A stretch of 64,000 bases of DNA from Candidatus Nomurabacteria bacterium (GCA_023898585.1 CP060229.1:790587-854586), one strand, 5' to 3'. Positions 47,738-59,481 are shown, counted from the stretch's first letter. The notes: generated from the sequence alone by a model not told the origin. Translations and numbers: made by a program.

Positions 47738-50377
47738 TTAAAGATACTTTTGCAAATACTGACCGGTATGAGATTTAGGATTTTTAGCCACTTCCTCAGG
47801 CGTGCCTTTAGCAACTATTTGCCCGCCGTTCGTGCCTCCTTCAGGACCAATGTCGATAATAAAATCTGAACACTTTATGATATCCAGGTTGTGCTCGATC
47901 ACCATTACTGTATTGCCTCTATCGACCAATTGTTGTAGGATCTCGATCAACTTTTTAATATCTTCGTAATGTAGACCGATTGTAGGTTCATCAAGTAAAT
48001 AAATAGTTTTTTGCGTGTGTGGTCGGTACAATTCAGATGCTATTTTTACCCGCTGTGCTTCTCCACCGGACAAAGTGGTGGCGCTCTGACCAAGTTCCAA
48101 GTAACCGAGACCAACATCGAGTAAAGATCGCAAGCGTTCTTCTATAGCCGGGATGTCTTGATAGAAAGCGTAGGCTTCCTCGACGGTCATGTGTAGAACT
48201 TGAAAGATATTTTTTGATTTGTACGTTACTTCCAGTGTCTCTTTTGTGAATCGAGTCCCGTCGCAGACGTCACAGGTTACAAAGACAGTTGGTAAGAAAT
48301 GCATCTCGACGGCAATTACACCGTTTCCTTGACAAGCCTCACAGCGCCCGCCTTTGACATTAAAGCTAAACCGGCCTGGCTTCCATCCTCTGGCACGAGC
48401 TTCGCTGGTTGTGGCAAATAAGTCTCGGATATGCGTAAACGCCCCGGTATACGTGGCGGGGTTGGAACGCGGAGTTCTGCCGATTGGGGATTGATCGATC
48501 AGTATCGAACGACCCAAGTACTCGGTACCGGTGATTGATGAGCAGTTGAATGTTTTGGCACTTCTGCTTCTTTTTTCCAGTCTGGCTTTCAGATTGCGGT
48601 CTAGTATTTCGTACATAAAGGTAGATTTGCCTGAGCCGGATACTCCAGTTACACAAATCAGACGTCCAAGCGGGATATCAACATTAAGGTTTTTAATATT
48701 GAAAGCTTTACCGCCTTTTATTTTGATAGCTCCTTTTTCTCCTGTTCTTCGCTTAGGAACTGCAATTGTTTTGTCTCCACGCAAGTAGTCAAGCGTAACG
48801 GAACCGGATGTATTAGTAGGTGCTGAGAGTAGTTTTTCCATATAGTCAGAGACAATTACTTCACCACCATGGACGCCCGCTCCCGGACCGATATCTACCA
48901 GGTAATCAGAGGCACGAATGGTATCTTCGTCATGTTCAACGACAATAATCGTGTTTCCAAGGTCTCGTAATTCGCACAAGGTTTGTATAAGTTTATCGTT
49001 GTCTCTTTGGTGTAATCCGATAGTAGGTTCGTCAAGAACATACAACGCTCCAACTAGACCCGAACCGAGCTGTGAAGCCAGCCTAATTCTTTGCGCTTCT
49101 CCTCCGGAGAGAGTGTTTGCTCGTCTATCGAGGGTGAGGTATTCAATACCGACATCCATCATAAAGTCTAGACGTTCGATTACTTCACGAAGCGCCGGCC
49201 AAGCTATATCCTGTTCTTTTTTTGTCAGCTTTAAACCGGATATAAAATCGACCGCTTGTTTTACCGTGAGGGCCGTGAAATCGACAATATTTAACCCTAA
49301 ATTATTCTTGTTGCCACCAAGGTATACTCGTAATGCTTCTTTACGCAATCTTGCCCCTTTACACTTCGGACATTCGTCATTTTGGAAGATACCGACCACA
49401 CCAAGACCGTTACATTCCGGACAAGCTCCATATGGTGAATTAAAAGAGAAAAGCCTTGGTTCAACTTCCGGAAATGAAGATCCGTCAATCGGGCAGGTAA
49501 ACTTTGCTGAAAGCGTTCTTTCGCTACCGTCTGGGCTTTCTATCTTTACCATACCGTTTGCTTCGGCTAGAGCCAGCTCTACCGCTTCAGAAAGACGCTC
49601 CCTTGAGCCTTTGGGGTCGTTGGTAAACTCGCTGACATAAATTTCGTCTATCAGTACGTCGATATCGTGACGTTTGGTTTTTGTCAGTACTATCTTTTCT
49701 CGCAGTTGTTTTATCTGCCCGTCTATTTTTACCGTTTCGTAACCTTTGCTCAATAAATCATAAAGCATTTGGTAATATTCACCCTTTCTACCCACTATGA
49801 CGGGAGCAAATATTGTGACCCGTCCCTTTGAAACTTCTATCCCAAGAACTTTTTCCGATTGTTCTCTGGTAGCCACTTTCACTTCTTTATCCTCGATTGA
49901 TTTCAAGACGATACCGAGAATCTCATCTTGTGAAAGTTTTTGTATCGGGACATCTACGTCAAGACAATAAGGTTGTCCGATCCGGGCGTAAACTATACGC
50001 AGATAGTCATAAATTTCTGTAATTGTCGCCACAGTCGATCGTGGGTTACGGGAAGCAGATTTTTGGTCTATGGAAATAGCTGGAGAAAGTCCAGAAATCT
50101 CATCGACATCCGGTTTTTGCATTTTATTAAGAAATTGTCGGGCATAGGGAGAAAGTGACTCGACATACCTTCGCTGTCCTTCAGCAAAAATCGTATCAAA
50201 AGCCAAAGATGACTTTCCTGACCCCGATGGGCCGGTAATGGCAATCATTTTTCCTCGTGGCATTTCCACGTTTATATTTTTAAGGTTATGGGTTCTGGCC
50301 CCACGCACAACAATTTTTTCGGAAGTGTCTCCCAGCTTTTTTTCTTGTTTATTTTTTGCTTTAGTGGTTTTATCCAT
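47738..50377 (-). CDS. uvrA: excinuclease ABC subunit A
   Basis: Two ABC ATPase modules ([13 protein letters not shown]; [10 protein letters not shown]) with zinc-finger insertions. Start adjusted to MDKTTKAK. Confidence 0.9.
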   Translation of the reverse strand: MDKTTKAKNKQEKKLGDTSEKIVVRGARTHNLKNINVEMPRGKMIAITGPSGSGKSSLAFDTIFAEGQRRYVESLSPYARQFLNKMQKPDVDEISGLSPAISIDQKSASRNPRSTVATITEIYDYLRIVYARIGQPYCLDVDVPIQKLSQDEILGIVLKSIEDKEVKVATREQSEKVLGIEVSKGRVTIFAPVIVGRKGEYYQMLYDLLSKGYETVKIDGQIKQLREKIVLTKTKRHDIDVLIDEIYVSEFTNDPKGSRERLSEAVELALAEANGMVKIESPDGSERTLSAKFTCPIDGSSFPEVEPRLFSFNSPYGACPECNGLGVVGIFQNDECPKCKGARLRKEALRVYLGGNKNNLGLNIVDFTALTVKQAVDFISGLKLTKKEQDIAWPALREVIERLDFMMDVGIEYLTLDRRANTLSGGEAQRIRLASQLGSGLVGALYVLDEPTIGLHQRDNDKLIQTLCELRDLGNTIIVVEHDEDTIRASDYLVDIGPGAGVHGGEVIVSDYMEKLLSAPTNTSGSVTLDYLRGDKTIAVPKRRTGEKGAIKIKGGKAFNIKNLNVDIPLGRLICVTGVSGSGKSTFMYEILDRNLKARLEKRSRSAKTFNCSSITGTEYLGRSILIDQSPIGRTPRSNPATYTGAFTHIRDLFATTSEARARGWKPGRFSFNVKGGRCEACQGNGVIAVEMHFLPTVFVTCDVCDGTRFTKETLEVTYKSKNIFQVLHMTVEEAYAFYQDIPAIEERLRSLLDVGLGYLELGQSATTLSGGEAQRVKIASELYRPHTQKTIYLLDEPTIGLHYEDIKKLIEILQQLVDRGNTVMVIEHNLDIIKCSDFIIDIGPEGGTNGGQIVAKGTPEEVAKNPKSHTGQYLQKYL

Positions 50378-50502
50378 GTGTAGAAAGTGTGGCTTTAGGG
50401 AGCTATGTTTGTTTCTGGCAAATTTGGTTAATAACAAACACAATCCACTCCTAGTGTGCTAAAAGGTTATGCCATTATACTTATATAAGTTCTACAAGCA
50501 AA

Positions 50503-51843
50503 TTAGGTTCTGAATTGTATCACGACGTGGGTCCCGACACCTTTTATTGATTCGACACCTATTTTTCCGTCCAATAAAGTTACCAGCTGTTTAGTAATCC
50601 ACATTCCGAGACCGGTTCCGATAACTGAACTTTGGTCCACTCCGCCCACTCGGGTGAAAGGAGCGAATAGCTTTTGCTGATCTTCCGCGCTGATTCCTGT
50701 ACCGGTGTCTTTAACTTTTAAAATTATTTCGCCCGGTGTGTCTTCACATTCAACCACTACTTCTCCAGAATTCGTATACTTGATCGAATTGCTAATTATG
50801 TTGGTAAGAACTTGAGTCATTCTTGCACCATCGGTGGAGATCATAACCGGTTTCTTGTTGGTCACGTAGGTAAGCGACAAGTTTTTTTCTTCAGCCATAA
50901 TTTTGAGATCGCTTGTCACAGAGGTAAGAACGTCTCGTAAATCTATTTCGCTTTTTTCTATTTTCAACTTTCCAGACTGCAATCGAGCCACCTCCAAGAA
51001 ATCGTTTACCAGAACGACGAGCCGTGAAGCGGAATTGCTTATATTACTGGCGAAGCGTACCTCCTCGGGACTTAATGTTTTTGATTCCTGGAGAAAACTC
51101 GAATACCCTTTAATTGCAGTTAGTGGTGATCTGAACTCATGTGCTATCATGTTGGAGAACAAATCTCTTTCCTCTAACTGCTTCTCAAGAATGCTGTGGT
51201 TTTTCTGCCAATTAGTTTGTTTATAGAGCCAGTATGCCAGCGCAATAAGAAAAACGAAGATCCACGTTAGGCCGAAGTAAGACTTTTGTATTCTGCTTGT
51301 CAGAGTTTTGTCTTGGATTGAAAAATCATGCAGGGTAAAAATGTACATAAAATCGTTACCAACCTTCACTCTTGAATAGATGTGCCAGGTTCTGTTGTTG
51401 TCGACGATGTAATTCAAAATTAAAAAATCGTTATTTTCGCTGAAAGCAAGATTGTACAGTAATGAGGTGGTTGCGAGATATGTTCCACTTTCCTCTTTTT
51501 TATTACCGGTAATGATTTTATAACCGGTCTCGTCTCTGTTGATGATTCTGACTGATTTAACATCAGGGTTAGAGTTGCTCGAAAGCAAATCAGTGGTCAT
51601 TGCATCTAATTGCTCAATTGTGAAGTGGTTTTTTAAGGCTGACGAATAAGCAAAATGCATGTTATTAACACGCTTTTTCTCAATTGTTTCAATGTTGTTT
51701 GAGGCAGTAATTAAAAAACCTTGCGTGACCCACAAAAAAAGTAGGGGAAAGGCAAAAACCAACACACCCACCAAAAGAATTCCGGAGTTCAGTCTCATTA
51801 CCATAAGACCGTTTTCCAACACTTTTAGTACTTTTTTTATCAT
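50503..51843 (-). CDS. sensor histidine kinase (two TM helices, HisKA + HATPase_c)
   Basis: H-box HEFRSPLTAIKGY. The C-terminus has N, G1 and G2 boxes (ISNSIKYT, VKDTGTGI, GTGLGM). Confidence 0.8.
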   Translation of the reverse strand: MIKKVLKVLENGLMVMRLNSGILLVGVLVFAFPLLFLWVTQGFLITASNNIETIEKKRVNNMHFAYSSALKNHFTIEQLDAMTTDLLSSNSNPDVKSVRIINRDETGYKIITGNKKEESGTYLATTSLLYNLAFSENNDFLILNYIVDNNRTWHIYSRVKVGNDFMYIFTLHDFSIQDKTLTSRIQKSYFGLTWIFVFLIALAYWLYKQTNWQKNHSILEKQLEERDLFSNMIAHEFRSPLTAIKGYSSFLQESKTLSPEEVRFASNISNSASRLVVLVNDFLEVARLQSGKLKIEKSEIDLRDVLTSVTSDLKIMAEEKNLSLTYVTNKKPVMISTDGARMTQVLTNIISNSIKYTNSGEVVVECEDTPGEIILKVKDTGTGISAEDQQKLFAPFTRVGGVDQSSVIGTGLGMWITKQLVTLLDGKIGVESIKGVGTHVVIQFRT

Positions 51844-54497
51844 GACGTTTCAATACTGTTTTTGCCAGAGGTGTTGGAAGAATCAGACTCAGCAGGTTTA
51901 CTACTGCCAGTCTCATCTTCGCTGGCTACAATTTTTTCTTCCCTTGGTCTGAATCTAATACCAAGCATTAGAAGAATTAGGCCAAGTGAAAGTATACCCA
52001 AGCCAATTACTATATTGTTAGATTTTTGTATAACAACTTCTTCATGTTCACTGGTGGTTATGTTTTCACTCACCGCGTCTGAAGTGCTAAAAGCTTGAGC
52101 GGTTTTAATAAATGAAAAAGGATTACTTTGCGCTACAATCTCCCCGGCATTGTCTGTCATTGCCACGTATACGTCATGGCTCCCGTCCTCAAGCTCTTTG
52201 TCGTAAGTATAGACAAACATTCCATCAGCATCAGTTTTTATAGTTACTACAGTTGGAGCGCTGAAGATGTACAGGGTGACGAAACTGTTCGGAAGTCCCC
52301 TTCCTCTAATTTCAGCTTTCACTTGCGAGTTCGGTTGTTCGGCGTCTAACGTTTCAACACGTATCACTTCTTCCACTACTAAGACATCTTCTCGAACTAA
52401 GCCAACCGATTTTTTAGGAGACTCAAAGTGTATCGATGTTTCTGGTGTTGCGTCCAAAGGATTGTATCCGCGAATAATTTCTACCCCATCGGTAAAGCCG
52501 TCATTATCTGTATCTATCGCGTTAGGATCGGTTTTGTAGAGATTGATTTCATCAAAATCAGAAATCCCGTCCTTATCTGTATCAATTGCGGTCTGTCCCT
52601 CACTTCTGTCTTTCCTGATTTGCTCAAATGTGTCTATTTTTACTTGCAACTCTTTGATCCTCTCTTCAAGTTCTTTGTTAATATCGTCGGAAATTTCTCG
52701 TGTCCGGGGGTCTTTTAGTGTGTCGTCAACCAAGCTTTGTTTTTTCTTACTGATTGCCTTTTTTGCATTATCAATCAAAATCTCGTCACCGGACTGTTTG
52801 GCAACAGCATAGCGTTTAAGGAGGTCATTCACTTCGTCAGTGTTTTTTCGCAAGAGTTGATCGACTTCTCTTTCCGCTTCGATTTCGGGATTGAATTGTT
52901 GCTTGAATTCCTCATTCTCAATTGTCGGTAAGGAGCGATCTTTCAAGGTGATGAGATTGAAGGTTTCAGGTTTAGGCTCGTTTTGATTTTCGGCCGTTGT
53001 TTTAGGTGTTGCCACTTCATTTTTCACTGTCAATATGATCGACTTTGACTCAACTTCTTCACCATTTGTATTTCTTGCTTTAGCAAAAAATTCATATTTA
53101 CCATTTGGCAGATTTAGCGTATTGACCACAAACTGCCACTTCTCAAGGCGTTTGACAGCTGAGGTTACAAACTTAACATCGAGTGATTGCGTCGGTCTAG
53201 CATACAGATTTACCCTTGAATATTCTTTGGGTGTGGTGATGTCGATTAATTCAACGCCGGAAAATATATTATCGCCTTGTTGTTTAATCAAAAACAAAAC
53301 ATCTTCTTTTGCTCCGACTGTACTACCGGTATTTGTGTCAGTTTCTACATCCAAATCTGTTTTTGGAGTTGTGGTGTTATCATTTTCTTCAGGCTCATTG
53401 TCGTCATCAGCAGTATCAGATTCTTTCATTCCGATATTGAAGGAGCTGGTGTTGAAAACTTGTACCCCACTACCATTTAACGGTTCAACCGAAATAGCTA
53501 CTCTGTATTTTGCACCATATTGTAGTTTGTCAGTTTGTACTTTTATTTCTTGTTTCCCATCCGACAGGGTATTGACCACCAAAGCTGAAAATTCATTATT
53601 GCTGTTGCTTATGTTGATTAATCTGGCACTCACTTGTCTAGCGTTTTCTGTCTTAAACAAAATGTCAAAGGGTTGTTCGGTGTACCGAGGAGGGGTCTTT
53701 ATGAAAACCAACTTCGGTTCGGGAATGCTTACAGGCTCAGCTACGGGAACGAATTCACCGACATGAAACTCGGGTGTGTCAAAAAATGCCAAACCGCTTT
53801 GGCTTTGACTTAATGGTGTCAGTTTTATTACCAGTCGATAATAACCTGTCTCAAGATCGTTAGTCGGTATGATAACTTTATGTTCCTTGTTGGATAGAGA
53901 ATGTACATTAAGTGGGATTCTGTCGTCGGAACCTGGATTTCTTAATTCGGCCTCAATACCGCTGTAATTCTCAGCAAAAAACTTAACATAAAATGGCTCG
54001 GTTATTTGACTGGGGATAGTATTAGCAAAATCTAACGTTGGATTTGGAATAGTTCCTGGGTTGTCGCCACTCCCTAAGTCGGAAGAAGAGACTGAACTGC
54101 TCATGGAGGTTAGGACAGCTGGATTAATCGTTTCACTTACGGCCAAGGCTGTGCCAACAAGAAGGAAACAAAGCCCGGTAGCGTAAGCCACCCGATACAC
54201 AGAATCACGGATTAAAGAATCCAACTCGCCTCTTAATACAGCTGATTTCTCGACGGATCGTTTACTCATATTGTTGGGTATAGAGACTTGTTCTCTATAT
54301 TGCGATTGCGCTTTTTCTTTTTCATCCTTCGTGACCCTCGACGTAACTTTTTTGAATGTTTTTGATTGTCGCTTCTTTGCTACTACTTTTTTGACATCGG
54401 ATTTACTATTTGTTTTTTTATCTGAACTACTCTTGGAAGACACACTTTTCCCAACCTTTTTCTTAACAGCAGTCTTTTTTGTAATTTTTACAGTCAT
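51840..54497 (-). CDS. large membrane-anchored surface protein with Lys-rich N-terminus, thrombospondin-type-3-like Ca-binding repeats and C-terminal TM anchor
   Basis: 885 aa. DTDKDGISDFDE and DTDNDGFTDGVE motifs are DxDxDG calcium-binding loops. There is an N-terminal signal-anchor and a C-terminal hydrophobic helix. Confidence 0.5.
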   Translation of the reverse strand: MTVKITKKTAVKKKVGKSVSSKSSSDKKTNSKSDVKKVVAKKRQSKTFKKVTSRVTKDEKEKAQSQYREQVSIPNNMSKRSVEKSAVLRGELDSLIRDSVYRVAYATGLCFLLVGTALAVSETINPAVLTSMSSSVSSSDLGSGDNPGTIPNPTLDFANTIPSQITEPFYVKFFAENYSGIEAELRNPGSDDRIPLNVHSLSNKEHKVIIPTNDLETGYYRLVIKLTPLSQSQSGLAFFDTPEFHVGEFVPVAEPVSIPEPKLVFIKTPPRYTEQPFDILFKTENARQVSARLINISNSNNEFSALVVNTLSDGKQEIKVQTDKLQYGAKYRVAISVEPLNGSGVQVFNTSSFNIGMKESDTADDDNEPEENDNTTTPKTDLDVETDTNTGSTVGAKEDVLFLIKQQGDNIFSGVELIDITTPKEYSRVNLYARPTQSLDVKFVTSAVKRLEKWQFVVNTLNLPNGKYEFFAKARNTNGEEVESKSIILTVKNEVATPKTTAENQNEPKPETFNLITLKDRSLPTIENEEFKQQFNPEIEAEREVDQLLRKNTDEVNDLLKRYAVAKQSGDEILIDNAKKAISKKKQSLVDDTLKDPRTREISDDINKELEERIKELQVKIDTFEQIRKDRSEGQTAIDTDKDGISDFDEINLYKTDPNAIDTDNDGFTDGVEIIRGYNPLDATPETSIHFESPKKSVGLVREDVLVVEEVIRVETLDAEQPNSQVKAEIRGRGLPNSFVTLYIFSAPTVVTIKTDADGMFVYTYDKELEDGSHDVYVAMTDNAGEIVAQSNPFSFIKTAQAFSTSDAVSENITTSEHEEVVIQKSNNIVIGLGILSLGLILLMLGIRFRPREEKIVASEDETGSSKPAESDSSNTSGKNSIETS

Positions 54498-54530
54498 AAT
54501 TGTAAGATTGTTACAGTGAGATTTTTTACA

Positions 54531-55337
54531 TTATTTCGCCATTGATTCGATGGTTTCTATCAGTTCGGAAAGATCAGTCATGGCCTTGACATAAAAACAG
54601 TTAGCGCCTAATTCCCTGGCTCTCCTCCGCTCATCATGCCCGTCCTTGTTTGAAAACACAATTACAGGTATTTCTTTCAGATCGTTTTCTTTTTTGAGGT
54701 CGGACAGAATATCAAGACCATTGCGACCGGGAAGCATCAAGTCAAGTATGATGACATTCGGTTTAAATTGTTTCATCATATGCACCGCATCCTTTCCGTC
54801 GTTACTGAATTCAAACGGAAAGGATGATTTACTTAATCTGATGGAAAGCAGGTTCCTCAACAACGGATCGTCTTCTATTACAAAAACTCTGATCCCGGTC
54901 GATTTAACCGAAGCGACCATGGGTGTAATGTCTATGTCTGAACTTGACTTAAGATCATTTCCTTCACCGAATATGGTTTTGATTTTTAATATTACGGAAT
55001 CCACATCTTCCCCGGGCGTTAGATAATCGGCGGCGCCAAGCGAAAGGGCTTGATGTATCTTGTCGTTTTCATCGTTTACTAAAATAAAAATCGGCATCAC
55101 CTTGGTTAACTCGGTGTTTTTAAGCACGTTAAGCATGTCTTCACACACTTTTCCTTCGTCCAGATAATTGAGTAGTATCAAGTCTATCTCCAGATCTTCC
55201 ACCACTTCAGGAGTAACTCTGTCACACGTGAAGGAATGAATGATTACACCATACCCATGAAGGGCTTTTTTTAGATTAATAATCTCTGAATTTTCATCCC
55301 CGACGATTAAAATATTTTTTTTAGTTAGTACTGACAT
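54531..55337 (-). CDS. response regulator with tandem receiver (REC) domains, no output domain
   Basis: Two CheY-like modules (ILIVGDE...DLILLNY; VFVIEDDPLLRNLL...IILDLMLPGRNG). Confidence 0.7.
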   Translation of the reverse strand: MSVLTKKNILIVGDENSEIINLKKALHGYGVIIHSFTCDRVTPEVVEDLEIDLILLNYLDEGKVCEDMLNVLKNTELTKVMPIFILVNDENDKIHQALSLGAADYLTPGEDVDSVILKIKTIFGEGNDLKSSSDIDITPMVASVKSTGIRVFVIEDDPLLRNLLSIRLSKSSFPFEFSNDGKDAVHMMKQFKPNVIILDLMLPGRNGLDILSDLKKENDLKEIPVIVFSNKDGHDERRRARELGANCFYVKAMTDLSELIETIESMAK

Positions 55338-55454
55338 ACTTAAAGTTTAACACTTTCGATGTACGTCAACTTCAGTAGTTCACAGATGAGCAAAAACATG
55401 TTCAAAAACTCTTGAAAATATTGATTACAGTTTTTGGGAGTTTTTAACCTAGTC

Positions 55455-57473
55455 CTAACCAAGACTTGTAAAATACTTTATTTCATCTCTCAGTATTGCT
55501 GCCGTTTCAAAATCTAAAATCGCCACCGCTTCTTCCATTTGACGCTTTTTTTCTTTTATGGTTTTTTTGGGATTCTTTCTATACAGCTCCATATCTACTT
55601 TCAGTAAAGTGTCTACTGTCTCGCGGTGTTCTGAGCGCATTTGATCAGCGATCGATCTGATTTCTTTAACTATCGATTTTGGAGTTATGCCGTGCTTTTT
55701 GTTGTAGGCAAGTTGTTTATTTCTGCGTTTCGTTGTCTCTTCTATGGCGTATTGCAAAGCGTCTGTAGTTTGGTCGGCGTATAGAATAACTCTACCTTTG
55801 ACGTTACGCGCGGCCCTTCCTATCGTTTGAATGAGGGCTGTTTCACTACGAAGAAAACCGGTTTTATCAGCATCGAGAATAGCTACCAATTCTACTTCCG
55901 GCAGGTCAAGTCCTTCACGGAGTAGATTAACACCGACCAGACAATCAAATTCACCCTTTCTGAAATTATTCAATATTTCAATTCTTTCGATAGTGTCCAC
56001 GTCACTATGAATGTACTTTGTTTTAATACTCTTCTCGTCCAGGAATTCCGCCAAATCTTCAGCCATCCGTTTTGTTAAGGTAGTCACCAATACCCTTGCT
56101 CCACCAGTGATTACTTTCTCCGCTTCTTTGATAAAATCCTTAATCTGACCGCTGTAATTCGCATCTTCGATAATGGGCCGTACTTCTATCTCGGGATCAA
56201 TCAAACCGGTTGGACGAATTACTTGTTCGATTGCTTTTTGCCCACTCTCTTTAAGTTTGGAGAGTTCGTACTTTCCCGGTGTGGCAGTGGTGTAGACTCG
56301 TTGTCCCAGCCTCTCGTCAATTTCTTTGTACATAAGTGGTCGATTATCGACCGCGGAAGGCAATCTGAAGCCAAACTCGACCAAATTATCCTTACGTGAT
56401 CGGTCACCGGCATACATGCCGTTAAGTTGTGGAACTGTCACATGCGATTCGTCAATTATTGTTAAAAAGTCAGGCGAACCGTCTTTTTTGTGTGGAAAGT
56501 AAGAAAGTAGAGTATAAGGAGCTTCGCCGGGTTGGCGTCGATCAAAATGTCGTGAATAATTTTCTATGCCATTACAATATCCCACCTCTTTTATCAAAGC
56601 CAAGTCTTGCATTGTCCTTCTCTTGAGTCTTTCCGATTCAAGTAATTTACCTTCCTTCTTAAATTTTTTTAGCTGTGCTTTGAGTTCATCCTGGATATCT
56701 TTTACCGCCAAAAGCCTCTCTTCTTCAGGGGTGACAAAGTGTTTGGCAGGAAACAGGAAAAAGACATCAAGTTCGGCAACAATTTCTCTAGTAATCTCAT
56801 CAATTTTTATAATATTGGATATTCTGCCACCCTGAAAGTTTAAGCGATAAACCGCTCGCTCGTTGGTGGGCATTATCTCTATCGTGTTCCCGACCGCCCT
56901 GAATGTCGCCGGTTTAAGATCGGCGTTAGTTCTTTCAAACTGAATATCGACCAGTATACGCACCATTTCGGTTCTTGTTGTACTGTCACCTACTCTCACT
57001 TCTAAAAGTTTTTTTCGGTATTGTTCCGGTGAGCCCAATCCGTAAATACATGAGACCGAAGCCACGATAATGACGTCTTCTCTGGTAAGAAGAGCTTGAG
57101 TGCTTGCGTGTCGAAGTCGGTCAATTTCCTCATTGATTTGTGCTTCTTTTTCTATATAAGTGTCACTAGAAGACATATAAGCCTCAGGTTGATAGTAATC
57201 GTAGTAAGAGACGAAATAGTGGACGGCATTGTTAGGAAAAAAATCCCGGTACTCTTGAGCAAGCTGAGCAGCTAAGGTTTTGTTGTGGGCGATGACAAGT
57301 GTCGGCTTCTGAATCTGCTGAATGACGTTAGCTATCGTAAAAGTTTTACCTGAACCGGTTACGCCTAAAAGAGTCTGGTGTTTTTGACCAGCTCTAATTC
57401 CTTCGACCAAAGCCTTTATCGCTTTTGGCTGATCTCCGGCCGGAGTTTTGTCTGTCGATATTGCAAAATTCAC
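55455..57473 (-). CDS. uvrB: excinuclease ABC subunit B
   Basis: 672 aa. Helicase motifs are present (GVTGSGKTFT; DESH), plus a beta-hairpin region and a C-terminal UvrB/UvrC interaction motif. Confidence 0.9.
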   Translation of the reverse strand: MNFAISTDKTPAGDQPKAIKALVEGIRAGQKHQTLLGVTGSGKTFTIANVIQQIQKPTLVIAHNKTLAAQLAQEYRDFFPNNAVHYFVSYYDYYQPEAYMSSSDTYIEKEAQINEEIDRLRHASTQALLTREDVIIVASVSCIYGLGSPEQYRKKLLEVRVGDSTTRTEMVRILVDIQFERTNADLKPATFRAVGNTIEIMPTNERAVYRLNFQGGRISNIIKIDEITREIVAELDVFFLFPAKHFVTPEEERLLAVKDIQDELKAQLKKFKKEGKLLESERLKRRTMQDLALIKEVGYCNGIENYSRHFDRRQPGEAPYTLLSYFPHKKDGSPDFLTIIDESHVTVPQLNGMYAGDRSRKDNLVEFGFRLPSAVDNRPLMYKEIDERLGQRVYTTATPGKYELSKLKESGQKAIEQVIRPTGLIDPEIEVRPIIEDANYSGQIKDFIKEAEKVITGGARVLVTTLTKRMAEDLAEFLDEKSIKTKYIHSDVDTIERIEILNNFRKGEFDCLVGVNLLREGLDLPEVELVAILDADKTGFLRSETALIQTIGRAARNVKGRVILYADQTTDALQYAIEETTKRRNKQLAYNKKHGITPKSIVKEIRSIADQMRSEHRETVDTLLKVDMELYRKNPKKTIKEKKRQMEEAVAILDFETAAILRDEIKYFTSLG

Positions 57474-57502
57474 GCTTGTTACTATACATTAAATATTACT
57501 AA

Positions 57503-57540
57503 AAGACATTTTAAAGGGCCACCTAAACTTGGGTGGCCCT
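57503..57540 (-). terminator. terminator hairpin downstream of HD-domain gene
   Basis: AGGGCCACC-TAAACTT-GGGTGGCCCT forms a strong GC stem that overlaps the stop codon. Confidence 0.4.
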
Positions 57541-58222
57541 ACTTCAGAACAGTTTTTGAATAACTATCCAGCTTTATTCTCGCTCTTTCGACAGTTTGTA
57601 GCAAGGTGTCGTAGTTGATGCTGTTTTTCTTAGCAATCGGTATATATACCGAAACCGTCTCTGAAATTTTCTTCTCTTGAAATTCTCGACTGTGATGCTC
57701 GATCCACATATCATCGAGATTATCGTGTCGATCACACATTTTAATCGAAAAGTATCTACGTGGAGCGAGCCACAGTTTCAAATAAAAAAAGTGATCGCGT
57801 GCCCTTTTGTTTCCAAAGAATAATTTCTTTGACGGTTTGGTGAGCCACCAAATACCGAATGCTACGTCAAAGCCGAAAATGATCCATACTTTAATAAGGT
57901 AACCTTTACAGCGGAAGTCCTCAAACAAATCATGCATCAGAGCGATCAGAAACAAATTGAAATCGATCTCGTTACGCTTGTGCATGGAAACAATTTTGTG
58001 GATAGCCACCCGTCGCAAATGCTCCACGTAAGCATCATTCGTGTCACGAACTTTACCAGCGAAAATTTTTGTAACATACGCCTCACACATTTTACCGATT
58101 TCGAACTCGATGCTTTCTTCCGGTACTATACTGGAAAGAGCTTTCAGCACGTCTGCTTCGGTCGGATGGCGAGGTACGTTTTTGTGGTCAAGGAACTCAT
58201 TAACTAAACTCAGCTTATCCAC
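57539..58222 (-). CDS. HD-domain phosphohydrolase (RelA/SpoT-like (p)ppGpp hydrolase fold)
   Basis: HLRRVA...LIALMHDLFED (His...HD) and a later CDRHDNL motif. Confidence 0.55.
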   Translation of the reverse strand: MDKLSLVNEFLDHKNVPRHPTEADVLKALSSIVPEESIEFEIGKMCEAYVTKIFAGKVRDTNDAYVEHLRRVAIHKIVSMHKRNEIDFNLFLIALMHDLFEDFRCKGYLIKVWIIFGFDVAFGIWWLTKPSKKLFFGNKRARDHFFYLKLWLAPRRYFSIKMCDRHDNLDDMWIEHHSREFQEKKISETVSVYIPIAKKNSINYDTLLQTVERARIKLDSYSKTVLK

Positions 58223-58266
58223 TCACGGCCTCCCGTTTTATGTTGCTGTTTAAAGTAAATCCATGA

Positions 58267-59481
58267 TTACACAGCAGAACTGTTTGTCAACATTTTTTCT
58301 CTCAAACGCTTGGTGTAGTTGACGATAAAATGCAAATTGTGTAGCGAGGCCAGCTGTGGACCGAGCATTTCTCTCGAACGGAATAAATGTGCCAAATATG
58401 CCTTGGTGTAGTTTTGGCAGACATAACAATCGCAAGATTCGTCCGGTTTGGAAAAATCGCGCTGGTATTGATTGTTCAATAAGTTTGTGCGCTTGTGACC
58501 GTCGTTGGTGCGTTCGTAAATAGTTCCTGTGCGACCGATGCGGGTTGGCGCAACGCAGTCGAAGGTGTCGCAACCAAGCGCTACTCCTTCGGAGATATCT
58601 TCCGGTTCCCCGATACCGAGTAAATGTCGCGGTTTGTCATTCGGCAATTCTTCATTTACTACTCTCAACGCTTCTCCTAAATCCTTTTTACTGAATGAAC
58701 CGCCGATACCAAAACCGTCGAAATCCATAGCTGACAAGACTTTAGCACTTTCCTTTCTCAGGTCTAGAAAACGACCACCTTGAACTACCCCATATATGCC
58801 TTGCTTTTTCAGCGCCTGGTAATTTTGTTTATGGGCCAGAATGCTACGCTTTGCCCAACGGTGTGTGCGACCCATGGCTTCTTTCTGATAATCATAATCA
58901 GCGGATGAACCGGTGCATTCATCAAAAGCAATGATTATGTCAGCTCCTATACTGTGCTGGATATCAATTGAGCGTTCAGCTGTGAACCTATGCATTGAAC
59001 CATCGATGTGTGAAGTAAAAGTCACCCCTTCCTCATCGATAACACACAGCTTACCGTGTTCCTCAGCCATCTTCTTTGAGTAAACATTCAACCCTGACTG
59101 CTCAGTCCTTTCTTCTATGTCGCCCTGTGAAAACTTCGTCACTCCTTTTCCAAAAGCTACACCCAACGAAAAAACCTGGAATCCCCCGCTGTCTGTCATT
59201 ACCGGCAAGTTCCAGTTGCTGAACTTATGTATACCACCAGCTTCCTTTATTACGTCAGCCCCCGGTTGAAGAAAAAGGTGATAGGTATTTGCTAAGGCGA
59301 CTTGGTTACCAACATATTCACGCATGTCTTCCGGTCTGACTCCCTTAACTGTCCCTTTTGTGCCAACTACTACAAACGCCGGTGTCTCAATGTCACCGTG
59401 TGGAGTGTGAATAACACCGGCTCGTGCCAAAGAGCCCGGTTTCTGCTTGATAATCTCAAAAGTGATGGGAGGTTTTGACAT
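58267..59481 (-). CDS. tgt: queuine tRNA-ribosyltransferase
   Basis: TIM-barrel Tgt signature plus a C-terminal zinc site (CDCYVCQNY...H). Start adjusted to MSKPPITFEI. Confidence 0.85.
   Translation of the reverse strand: MSKPPITFEIIKQKPGSLARAGVIHTPHGDIETPAFVVVGTKGTVKGVRPEDMREYVGNQVALANTYHLFLQPGADVIKEAGGIHKFSNWNLPVMTDSGGFQVFSLGVAFGKGVTKFSQGDIEERTEQSGLNVYSKKMAEEHGKLCVIDEEGVTFTSHIDGSMHRFTAERSIDIQHSIGADIIIAFDECTGSSADYDYQKEAMGRTHRWAKRSILAHKQNYQALKKQGIYGVVQGGRFLDLRKESAKVLSAMDFDGFGIGGSFSKKDLGEALRVVNEELPNDKPRHLLGIGEPEDISEGVALGCDTFDCVAPTRIGRTGTIYERTNDGHKRTNLLNNQYQRDFSKPDESCDCYVCQNYTKAYLAHLFRSREMLGPQLASLHNLHFIVNYTKRLREKMLTNSSAV

Noticed and set aside
58250-58573. 107-aa ORF overlapping tgt
   Set aside because: It sits on the same strand in a different frame inside the well-supported tgt gene.
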